A stretch of 64,000 nucleotides of DNA, taken from positions 23,527-87,526 of the forward strand of contig JBFIML010000011.1 in assembly GCA_041611735.1 (NCBI GenBank), written 5' to 3'. The position numbers were made by a program, and so were the translations under genes. Shown piece after piece: positions 28,955 through 37,493 of the stretch; positions within the stretch are counted from its first letter, which is position 1, and each line of letters starts with the position of its first letter. This stretch comes from Myxococcota bacterium. GTDB taxonomy: Bacteria; Myxococcota_A; UBA9160; PR03. A model generated the notes under the pieces. The model was not told the DNA's origin and searched no databases. It saw only the letters and a list, made by a program, of their open reading frames with translations.

Positions 28955-30771
28955 CCACGCCGCCCCTCCCCGGGCGCGCATGGAATCGTAAGGTCGAGCT
29001 CGACCCGGGGTCCGCGGATCGGGTGCGGACGCCCGTCGAGGACGGTCCCCCAGATCCCGATGTCCCGGATCTCGGTGGGGTCCACGGCGTAGGGGTCCTG
29101 CTCGAGCACCGTGAAGTCGGCGCGCTTGCCCGGACGGATCGAGCCGATCTCGTGCTCGAGCCCGAGGCTGCGGGCGGCCTCGAGGGTGACGGCGCCCAGG
29201 GCCAGGTCCAGGGCCAGCTTCTGGTCCGGGCCCCAGACGCGGCCATCGCTGGCGATGCGGTTCACGGCCACCCACATCAGCGTGAGGGGCTCCGCCGGCG
29301 CCATCAGGTAGTCCGAGTGGAAGGAGATCGGCACGCCGGCGCGCGCCAGGCCGCCGAGCGGGGAGATGTCCGCGGCGCGCTGCGGGCCGAGCCCGTGGCG
29401 AGCGTAGATCGGGGCCAGCTCGTACGGGTAGTAGGCGTTGTTGGAGACGGCAATTCCGAGCGCCTGGAGACGCGCGTGCTGGTCCTCCCGCGCGTAGCCG
29501 TAGTGCTCCAGGACGATGCGGGGCGTCCGGCTGGGATCGGCGTGCCGCTGCGCCTCGATCTGATCGAGCACCAGGTCGAGGCCCGCGTCGCCGTTCACGT
29601 GGACGTGCAGGTCCCAGCCCTTGGTCCAGAAGGCCTGGAGGACGGCCGCCTGCTCCTCCGGCGTCATCATCCACTCGCCGCGGTGGCCATCGAGGTATGG
29701 CTCGGACATCTGCATGAGCTGGCTGTAGATGGCGCCGTCCGCGTAGTACTTGGCGTGCTTGACGATGCGGATGCGGTCCGTGGACCCGCGCAGCAGCCGG
29801 GCTGCCGCCCGCTCCGCCGCTGCGGCGCTGCCCTCCTGGCGCAGCAGGAACATGGCGTTCGGCACCAGGACGAAGCGGTAGGGCGTGTCGCGCTGCCACA
29901 TCTCGAGGTGCAGCATCAGCAGCTCGCCGAGGGTGCTCACCTGGGGGAAGCCCTGCTCCGCCACGGTGGTGAGGCCGCCGCGATGGATCACCTGGCTCAT
30001 CATGGCCAGGCCTCGGCGGTAGGAGAGGGGACGAGCCAGGATCCGGGTCATGGGACGGCCGAGGGCCAGGACCCCCCGCTCCCAGAGGTGGCCGCGCTCC
30101 CAGTCGGCCTGGGGGTGGGTGGCAAACTGCTCGGGCGTGAGGCCCAGCTCCTCCAGGGCGCGGCTGTTGAAGAACATCTCGTGCACCGAGCGCTGCCACA
30201 CGAAGATCGGCCGCTGGCTGGAGATGGCGTCGAGGTCGGCGCGGGTGAGCGCGCCGTGGTAGGGGCGGTGATGGCCCCAGACCAGGAGCCAGCCGTCGTC
30301 CTCCCGGGCGCGCTCGAGCTCGCGCAGGCACTCGAGGAAGGCCTCCCGGCCGCGCACCGCCCGCGTGCGGCCCCTCGGCGTCGTCCACTCCATGGCGGCG
30401 ACGATCTCGAGCGGCAGGATGGTGGCCGCCAGGGTCGGGTGGATGTGGGGGTCGATGAAGCCCGGGACGAGGACCTTGTCCTCGAAGCGCGGGTCGATCT
30501 CGAAGCGACGCTCGCCGACCGCGGCGCGCACCTCGTCCAGGGACCCGACCGCCACGATGCGGCCGTCCTCGATGGCCACGGCGCTCGCCGTGGGCGGCTC
30601 GGGCTCCAGGGTCAGGATCCGCCGGGCGGTCAGGATGCGGGGGGAGGGATCCCCCCGCGGCGCCGCGAGGAGCAGCCCGCCGAGAGCGAGGGCGCCGAGC
30701 ACCGCGGCGAGGATCCCGAGTCTCCCAAGGCCCGGGACCCGGGCCGAGCCGCCTCTCGGAGTGCGCGTCAC
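28879..30771 (-). CDS. Amidohydrolase family 3 (YtcJ-like) with N-terminal anchor
   Basis: PGFIDPHIH, HVNGD, LEH, HSD, GSIRPGKRADF; GTGA overlap. Confidence 0.9.
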   Translation of the reverse strand: MTRTPRGGSARVPGLGRLGILAAVLGALALGGLLLAAPRGDPSPRILTARRILTLEPEPPTASAVAIEDGRIVAVGSLDEVRAAVGERRFEIDPRFEDKVLVPGFIDPHIHPTLAATILPLEIVAAMEWTTPRGRTRAVRGREAFLECLRELERAREDDGWLLVWGHHRPYHGALTRADLDAISSQRPIFVWQRSVHEMFFNSRALEELGLTPEQFATHPQADWERGHLWERGVLALGRPMTRILARPLSYRRGLAMMSQVIHRGGLTTVAEQGFPQVSTLGELLMLHLEMWQRDTPYRFVLVPNAMFLLRQEGSAAAAERAAARLLRGSTDRIRIVKHAKYYADGAIYSQLMQMSEPYLDGHRGEWMMTPEEQAAVLQAFWTKGWDLHVHVNGDAGLDLVLDQIEAQRHADPSRTPRIVLEHYGYAREDQHARLQALGIAVSNNAYYPYELAPIYARHGLGPQRAADISPLGGLARAGVPISFHSDYLMAPAEPLTLMWVAVNRIASDGRVWGPDQKLALDLALGAVTLEAARSLGLEHEIGSIRPGKRADFTVLEQDPYAVDPTEIRDIGIWGTVLDGRPHPIRGPRVELDLTIPCAPGEGRRGYSGTGSGSGSAAAQSPSPLARKSY

Positions 30772-31805
30772 GCTTCGACCGCGGATCGAGGCTGCGTCGC
30801 GCCGAGGAAGGGCGCGACGCGCTCGCGAAAGGCCCGCTCGGGATCCTCCACCAGCCCGAGCCGCACGGCGCAGTCGAGCAGCAGCACACGGTCCGCTCCC
30901 GGGCGGTGCGGGGCCCGGGGGTGGACGGCGTCGGTCTCCCGGTGGCCCGTCAGGTGCAGGAACTGGCCGGCGGCGTGCTTGTAGGCGGGGATCGGCTCGC
31001 GGAAGGCCACGTTGCCGAGATGCTGGAGGGCGTCGTTGCGGGCCAGGAACGCCACGTCCCCGGCCTCGAGCGCCGCGTCGCGCGCCGCGAACGCCTCCGG
31101 GGCGCAGGTCGCGAGGCCCAGCAGGTAGTCGCTTCCGTAGGCGACGAGGTCGATGGCGAGGTCGTTGCCGGTATAGATGCGGAAGTCGGGGCGCCGGCGG
31201 TCGCGGGCCGCGAGACGTCGAAGCTCCCGGGCGCGCTCCAGGGAGGAGTGCTTGACGCCCAGGAGCCCGGGCACGTCCATCAGCCGCGCGAAGGTCTCCT
31301 CGTCCCAGATCTCGCCGTGGGGGGCGAAGCGCGGCGAGAGCTCGAAGCCGAGTACGCCCTGCGCGGCGCCGGCCGCCAGCTCGGCATAGAGCGCGGCCTT
31401 GGCCGTGGGCCGCATCCCGTGCAGGGCCCGGCATTGCACGATCACGGGCAGCGCCCCGCGCGCCTCGATCGCTGCCACGGACTCCCGGTAGGCCGCGGCC
31501 GGATCGGCCGCGTCCCCGGCGTAGGCCCCCGCGTAGAAGCGGACGCCCGCGCCGAGCGCCGCGCGCGTGGCGTCGAGCACCGCCTCGCGCTGCTTCGGGT
31601 CGAGCAGGTCGCCGAAGCCGGTGTCCATGTTGACGGCCACGGCGAGGCCCGCCGCGTGGGTGCGCGCCAGGTGGCGCTCGAAGTCCGCCCAGTGGATCGC
31701 GCCTGCCGGCGTGTAGGGCAGCAGCGTGGCGGCGATGCCCTGGGGCCTCCGCCCGGGGGCCAGGCGCGCGAAGGCCTCCGCGAGGGACCGAGCGCGCCCG
31801 CTCAC
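30768..31805 (-). CDS. Dihydrodipicolinate synthase-like aldolase family protein
   Basis: LLPY, VNMDTG, Schiff-base GVKHSSL, IYTGND; GTGA overlaps. Confidence 0.82.
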   Translation of the reverse strand: MSGRARSLAEAFARLAPGRRPQGIAATLLPYTPAGAIHWADFERHLARTHAAGLAVAVNMDTGFGDLLDPKQREAVLDATRAALGAGVRFYAGAYAGDAADPAAAYRESVAAIEARGALPVIVQCRALHGMRPTAKAALYAELAAGAAQGVLGFELSPRFAPHGEIWDEETFARLMDVPGLLGVKHSSLERARELRRLAARDRRRPDFRIYTGNDLAIDLVAYGSDYLLGLATCAPEAFAARDAALEAGDVAFLARNDALQHLGNVAFREPIPAYKHAAGQFLHLTGHRETDAVHPRAPHRPGADRVLLLDCAVRLGLVEDPERAFRERVAPFLGATQPRSAVEA

Positions 31806-33244
31806 GAGGCCCGCCTCGCCGCGCGCTTGGCCTTCTCCAGCGCCGCGCGCTCCGGGCGCGCGCGGTAGAAGGGATCCAGGGGGTAGCAGCCGGAGACCAG
31901 CCCGTTGCGGGGCGCCGTCGTGCAGTCGCTGAAGGTGCGGCAGAGGCGTTTGCGCGCCAGCGGGCGCCCGGCCAGCACGTCGGCCGGGAGCTCGGGGTAG
32001 ACCAGCGCCAGGCGCCCGAGGCCGATGGCGTCGAACCAGCCTGCGCGCACGCAGGCCTGCGCCACGGGGGGAACGAATTCCTGCAGGTAGCTCCAGCCCG
32101 AGGACACCACCAGCGCCTCGGGCACAGCGGCCTTGAGCGCGCACGCCGCGTGGAGCAGTCGCCATACGCCCACGAGCGGGTCCTCGGGCGGCGGATAGCC
32201 GTCACTGGGCGGGAAGGCGGCGGGTCGCTGGAGGTGCGGGGCGTAGTAGGGGCTCGCCGCCGTCACGTTGATCCAGCGCACGCCGAGGCCCACCAGCTCG
32301 CGCACCAGCGCGACGGGCTCGGCCAGGTCGGGCCGCTCCGGGGCCCACGGATCCAGGCCGAAGCCGAGCCGATAGGGCAGGGAGACCGCTTCGGGGACGC
32401 CTGCGCCGACCTGCTCGTGATGGGGGACGCCGTCGAAGAGCGAGAGGCGAACGCCCAGCGGCAGCCCCGGAGCCGCTTCCTGGACCGCGAGCACCAGCTC
32501 GCGGGTCAGCCGGGTGCGGCCCTCGAGCGCGGCCCCCCCGTAGCGCCCCGGGCGATCCCGCGCCGCCAGGAACTCGTGCAGCAGGTAGCCGTGACAGTGC
32601 TTGAGGTCCACGAAGTCGAAGCCCTCGTCGCGCGCGAGGCGCGCCGCCCGGGCGAAGTCCGCCAGCAGCTCCGGGATCTCCGCGTCGGAGAGCACCGGCG
32701 CGTCGTCCCGGATGCCCACGCGCCGGTCCAGGTGGGGATGGCGCTGGGCCACGCGCGGCCGTCGCCCCGCCCGGGTGGGAACCGACCAGCGTCCGCTGTG
32801 CGTGAGCTGGAGCCCCACCACCGGCCGGGGCCGGCCGGCCTCGCGTGCCGCGGCGAGCAGCGCCTGGCGCAGCCGGCCCAGGGAGGGAGCCGTGCGCGCG
32901 TCGAGAAGCAGCTGGTTCGGGTTGGCGCGCGCGTCCGCCCGCACCGCCACCGCCTCGCCGCCCCAGATGAGCCCCGCCCCCGACGCGCCGAAGCGTCGCC
33001 AGCGGCGTTCCGTGAGCTGGGAGGGAAGGCCCTCGGGCGTGCCGTCCCAGCCCTCCATGGGCTGGACCGCGAAGCGGTTGGCGGCGGTGAGATCCGGGCC
33101 GAGGACGAGCGGGGCCGCGAGGGGCGAGTGCGGGGCCGCCAGGGGCTCGCCGTCGCAGGGAAGCTCCACGCCGAGCTCGGCGAGTCGCGCGCGGAGCGCC
33201 TCGGGGCCGCCCAGGGAGGCGACGCGCGGAAAGCGCGCCGTCAT
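31802..33244 (-). CDS. NADH:flavin oxidoreductase (OYE-like)
   Basis: NRFAVQPMEG, LQLTHSGR, DLKHCHGYLLHEFL, R...YGG. Confidence 0.9.
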   Translation of the reverse strand: MTARFPRVASLGGPEALRARLAELGVELPCDGEPLAAPHSPLAAPLVLGPDLTAANRFAVQPMEGWDGTPEGLPSQLTERRWRRFGASGAGLIWGGEAVAVRADARANPNQLLLDARTAPSLGRLRQALLAAAREAGRPRPVVGLQLTHSGRWSVPTRAGRRPRVAQRHPHLDRRVGIRDDAPVLSDAEIPELLADFARAARLARDEGFDFVDLKHCHGYLLHEFLAARDRPGRYGGAALEGRTRLTRELVLAVQEAAPGLPLGVRLSLFDGVPHHEQVGAGVPEAVSLPYRLGFGLDPWAPERPDLAEPVALVRELVGLGVRWINVTAASPYYAPHLQRPAAFPPSDGYPPPEDPLVGVWRLLHAACALKAAVPEALVVSSGWSYLQEFVPPVAQACVRAGWFDAIGLGRLALVYPELPADVLAGRPLARKRLCRTFSDCTTAPRNGLVSGCYPLDPFYRARPERAALEKAKRAARRAS

Positions 33245-34050
33245 GCGCGCCCCAGCTCGCCGAGCACGCGGCGCAGGAAGGTCAGGTCCTCGGCGAGCTT
33301 CTCGTCCACCGGGCGCGGCTCGTGGGAGAGGAACTCGATGCCGAGGGGCCCCAAGTAGCCGGCCGCGAAGACCGCGGCCAGGATCGCACGATAGTCGAGC
33401 ACGCCCTTCTCCAGGGACCCGCCGGGGAGCAGGGGGCCGGCCGGATCCGGATTCGGCCGGTAGTTCTTCAGGTGCAGGTAGCGGGCGCGGGGCACCAGGC
33501 GTCGCGCGTCCGCCGGCTGGTCGGGAACCGCATCTGGCGGCAGCAGGTCGAGCACCTGGTAGTTGAGGGCCAGGTTGGGCCGCTCCACCGCGTCGAGAAG
33601 CTGCGCAATGCGCTCCGGCGTGTCTGCCCAGGAGCCCACGTGCCGCTCCACCACCACGGCGGCGTCGGGCGCGAGCTCGTCGCAGGCCGCGCGCAGCATG
33701 GCGACCACGCGCCCGAAGTCGTCGGTGCCCGGCTGCGGCTCCGCCCAGCAGCGCAGGAGCGGTGCGCCGAGCTCCCGGGCCAGGACTGCTTCGTGGCGCG
33801 CGTCCTCGGGTCCGAGCTGGGGCGGGCGGCCCAGGTAGGAGCCGTGCGCCACCACCTCGAGGCCCGCGGCGCGAACGGCGCGGCCGGCGGCGCGCGCGGC
33901 GGCGCGCGGCGCCCCGGGCTCCAGATGGGGCGGTCGCGCGGTCACCTCGAGGCCGTCGAGCCCGAGGCCCGCCGCGAGCTCCGCTACCGCGGCCAGCGGG
34001 CGGTCGAGGGCCGAGATGGAGCAGAACGCGAGCTTGGATCGTTGGGTCAC
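33241..34050 (-). CDS. Sugar phosphate isomerase/epimerase (xylose-isomerase-like TIM barrel)
   Basis: GLDGLEV, VERH, LHLKN, YLGPLGIEF. Confidence 0.85.
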   Translation of the reverse strand: MTQRSKLAFCSISALDRPLAAVAELAAGLGLDGLEVTARPPHLEPGAPRAAARAAGRAVRAAGLEVVAHGSYLGRPPQLGPEDARHEAVLARELGAPLLRCWAEPQPGTDDFGRVVAMLRAACDELAPDAAVVVERHVGSWADTPERIAQLLDAVERPNLALNYQVLDLLPPDAVPDQPADARRLVPRARYLHLKNYRPNPDPAGPLLPGGSLEKGVLDYRAILAAVFAAGYLGPLGIEFLSHEPRPVDEKLAEDLTFLRRVLGELGRA

Positions 34051-34066
34051 GACGTCTCCTTTGGGA

Positions 34067-35110
34067 TCACGCGATGCGCGCCAGGTCTGCGGCGTGCACC
34101 TCGTGCTCCAGCGGTCGCCCCGCGACCCAGCGCTCGATCTCGTCGATGGCGAGGGTGGCCAGCCGCTGGGTCTCCGGGCCGAGGGCGCCCGCCACGTGGG
34201 GGGTCAGGAGCACGTTCGGGAGCTCGTAGAGCGGCGAGCCGGCGGGGAGCACCTCCGGCTCGGTGGTGTCGATCACCGCGTCGATGCGCCCGGAGACGAG
34301 CTCCGCGGTCAGCGCCTCCCCGTCCACCAGCGCCCCGCGCGCGGTGTTGATGAGGACCGCGCCATCCCGAAGCAGCCCGAGGCGGCGCCGGTCGATCATC
34401 CCGCGGGTCTCCGGAAGCGCCGGGGCGTGCAGGGTCACCACGTCCGCGCGGCGCAGCAGCTCGTCGAGCTCCACGGGCTCGGCGCCCAGCGCCCCCGCCT
34501 CCGCCGGGTCCAGATACGGGTCCGACACCAGCACCGAGAAGTCGAAGGGACGCAGCAGCGCGATCAGGCGCCGTCCGACGCGCGACGCGCCCACCACCCC
34601 GATCACCTTGCCGTAGTTGCCGAGGCCCGGCTCCTCCACCGGCCACAGCCGGAAGGTCCGGGCCTCGCGGTAGCGACGCTGGAGGCGGAAGATGCGCTTG
34701 TTCGCGAACAGGATCGCGGCCAGCGCGTACTCCGCCACCGGAAGCGCATTGGCGGCGGCGGCCGAGACCACGCGGATCCCACGCGGGAAGCACACCGGGT
34801 CCACGTGGTTCCTGACCGTCCCGGCCGCGTGCGCGACGAGACGGAGCCGGGGCGCCCGCGCCAGCAGGCTCGCGTCGAGGCGCGGACAGCCCCAGCCGGT
34901 GAGCAGGACCTCCACCTCGGGCAGGAGCCGTTCGGCTCGTGGCTCGTCGAAGCGGGCCAGCGGCTCGGGGTCGGGCACGCGGCACAGCTTGCGCAGGCGC
35001 TGGTGGTGGGCGGGCGAGAGCAGGTCGCGGGTCAGCGCGGGGGCCATCGCCAGGGCGAGCGTCGGCGTCTCCTGCCCGCGCGACCGGGGCCGCGAAGCCG
35101 GGGACGTCAC
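34067..35110 (-). CDS. D-2-hydroxyacid dehydrogenase family
   Basis: GVVGASRVG, LINTARG, DTTEPE, TPHVAG. Confidence 0.9.
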   Translation of the reverse strand: MTSPASRPRSRGQETPTLALAMAPALTRDLLSPAHHQRLRKLCRVPDPEPLARFDEPRAERLLPEVEVLLTGWGCPRLDASLLARAPRLRLVAHAAGTVRNHVDPVCFPRGIRVVSAAAANALPVAEYALAAILFANKRIFRLQRRYREARTFRLWPVEEPGLGNYGKVIGVVGASRVGRRLIALLRPFDFSVLVSDPYLDPAEAGALGAEPVELDELLRRADVVTLHAPALPETRGMIDRRRLGLLRDGAVLINTARGALVDGEALTAELVSGRIDAVIDTTEPEVLPAGSPLYELPNVLLTPHVAGALGPETQRLATLAIDEIERWVAGRPLEHEVHAADLARIA

Positions 35111-37350
35111 CGGTCGCGGCGCGGCCCCAGGGCTTCGCGGACGTCGCCGTCGAAGTCGAGGATCAGGCCGAAGTTCCCTCGCGCGATCTCGTAGCGACGC
35201 TCCAGGAACTCGACCCGCGTGAAGGGGTTTTCCAGGCGCGGGTAGCCGCCGAGCGCCACCGCCTGGCCCTGCACCCGGAGGGGGCCCTGCCAGCCGAGCT
35301 CCAGGCGGCCCAGGGTCGGCGACGCGTAGGCCACCTCGAAGGCCTCGGCGGTGGGCGTCACCTGCACCGGGCTCGCCGCCACCGCGGCCCGGAAGGCGGC
35401 GAAGCCGCCGCGCCACTGGTCCCGGGTCCCGACCTCGACGATCCAAACGTTGCGCGCGCCACCCGGGGCCACCAGGTCGAAGTCCTGGCCGCCGTTCTGG
35501 AACACCTCGGGCTGCCCGCGTCGCCAGAGCGTGGGGCGCCAGCTGTAGAGCGCCACGTAGCCCTTGCCCCGGCGGCCGAAGGTCCAGGGCCCCTGCTGCA
35601 CCACCTCGTCGAAGTGAGCGTGGGGGAAGTAGGCGTGGGTCTCGTCCCGGTAGCCGAAGCCGAGCGCCGGCAGCGCGCCGTACTGGGGTGCGTAGATGGC
35701 GATGGTCACGTTCTCGTGCTGGGCGGCCCGCGGCTGCGAGGCCTCGCCGGTCCAGTAGCCCGGGCCCGGCTCGTCCTCCCGCTGCCAGTTCCAGTCGTCC
35801 GGCACCGGCTGCCCCGGCGCCACCGGCAGGTAGCCGGGGTGCTGGGTGAACACCAGCGCCCGCTCGTCCAGCGTCGCCTGCCAGGTGTGGGTCTGCGAGC
35901 CGCGCACGCCCTTGCGGTAGTCCTGGGCGGTAGAGAGCATGGCGTCGGCCGTGCGCCAGGTGTACGTGTTCACCTCCTTGAGCACCGACTCGTTGATGAG
36001 CGGCCACAGGGCGCGCGCGAAGAACCAGGCGGTGCGGATCGAGCTCTCCAGCTCGCCGGTCCAGACCAGCTGTCGCAGCGGTGCGAAGGGCCGCAACTGC
36101 GCCACCCACAGGTTCTCGCGCTCGGCCACCTCGAGCGTGATCGGCAGGATCTGCCACACCGGCTGGGCGCCCATGGACCACCAGAAGGGCAGGTTCCTCT
36201 CGTCGGTGTAGTCGAGGCCGAAGGGCGCCTCGGGCACGCTCGCGGTCATGAAGTCCTCGGGCGGCACCTCGTCCAGGGGCAGGTTCATGCGCTGGCGGTC
36301 CACCATGGGAGCGTCGTGGCGGGCGATGCGTCGGATCACCTCCGGCAGGCGGTACTTGCGCGCCCGGGCCATGGCCACGGCGCCGGAGTCGCCGGCGCTC
36401 GTCCAGGGGAGGCGGGTGTCGTCGAACAGGAGCTTGCTCCAGCCGAAGGTGTTCTCGGTGTCCGCTGCGGCCTTGTCCTTCACGTAGGAGCGTCCGTGGG
36501 TGGCTCCGAAGGTCCCGCGGTGCAGGTGCAGGGCGGTGTCCAGCAGCACCAGATCGAGCACCATCGCCGCCCGCTTCGCCACCAGGGGATCCTCGGCCCA
36601 CTCCACCAGGGACAGCAGCGGGCGCACGTCCAGGTCGTAGTAGACGTTCGAGTGCCACTCGGTGAAGCCGAAGCGCGCCCGCTCGTCCAGCCAGGTGAGG
36701 ATGGCCGAGCGCGCCCGCTCCCGGTGCTCGGAGCCGCGCAGGCCCGTCACCGAGAAGACGCGGTCCGGAAAGCGCTGGCCGGCCAGGTACTCGCAGGTGC
36801 GGAAGATCAGGATGTGGTTCTCGGTCCAGTACCACATGACGTCGACCACCTGGGCGCCGTCCACGATGCGCTCCGGCGTCGGGTCCGTGTACCAGTACTT
36901 GAAGGTGAGGAGGGCCTGCTCCACGCGCTGCCAGAGCGCCTCGCTGATGGCCGGATGCCCCCGGTAGCCGTAGAGCAGATCCACGAAGCGCAGGGCGTCG
37001 AAGTCGCTGGTGTCGCGCAGGCGCCACATCTTGTCGAAGATCGGGTCCCAGGCGTCGTCCGGGATGGCGCCGGCCGGCACCGCGAAGCGGTGCTCGCGAG
37101 CATCGCGCTCCAGGTGGGCGATCACGTTGGAGACCGCGCCGGGCCTCAGGGGCTGCGCGGTGGCAAAACGCAGGAACTGCGTCTGCCGGGCCCGCAGCAA
37201 GGCCGGGTGCATGAAGCCGTCACGACCCGGGGTTTCGGGCTTCGCAGCCAGGAGCCCGGTTACGGCCAGGAGCAGGAGCAGACCCCGGCCGAGGACCGGG
37301 AGTCGGCGGGGTGCGCGAGCGGAGGCAAAGCGAGGGGGGGGCTGCTGCAT
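35107..37350 (-). CDS. Large secreted hypothetical protein (possible heparinase/lyase-like fold)
   Basis: Signal peptide; WTENH, EWHSNVYY, HGRSY; the fold is inferred. Confidence 0.8.
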   Translation of the reverse strand: MQQPPPRFASARAPRRLPVLGRGLLLLLAVTGLLAAKPETPGRDGFMHPALLRARQTQFLRFATAQPLRPGAVSNVIAHLERDAREHRFAVPAGAIPDDAWDPIFDKMWRLRDTSDFDALRFVDLLYGYRGHPAISEALWQRVEQALLTFKYWYTDPTPERIVDGAQVVDVMWYWTENHILIFRTCEYLAGQRFPDRVFSVTGLRGSEHRERARSAILTWLDERARFGFTEWHSNVYYDLDVRPLLSLVEWAEDPLVAKRAAMVLDLVLLDTALHLHRGTFGATHGRSYVKDKAAADTENTFGWSKLLFDDTRLPWTSAGDSGAVAMARARKYRLPEVIRRIARHDAPMVDRQRMNLPLDEVPPEDFMTASVPEAPFGLDYTDERNLPFWWSMGAQPVWQILPITLEVAERENLWVAQLRPFAPLRQLVWTGELESSIRTAWFFARALWPLINESVLKEVNTYTWRTADAMLSTAQDYRKGVRGSQTHTWQATLDERALVFTQHPGYLPVAPGQPVPDDWNWQREDEPGPGYWTGEASQPRAAQHENVTIAIYAPQYGALPALGFGYRDETHAYFPHAHFDEVVQQGPWTFGRRGKGYVALYSWRPTLWRRGQPEVFQNGGQDFDLVAPGGARNVWIVEVGTRDQWRGGFAAFRAAVAASPVQVTPTAEAFEVAYASPTLGRLELGWQGPLRVQGQAVALGGYPRLENPFTRVEFLERRYEIARGNFGLILDFDGDVREALGPRRDR

Positions 37351-37493
37351 GGGCGGTCTCCAACCAGGACCTCGAGGGTAGTCACCGGTACCCCGCCGGG
37401 TCAACGACGACGCGCAGCCCTCGTCGAGCAGCGGCGCTGCACGGCGGTCGCCATGGCCTGACGGCAATCGCCTGGAGTAGTCTCGGCGCCAGC

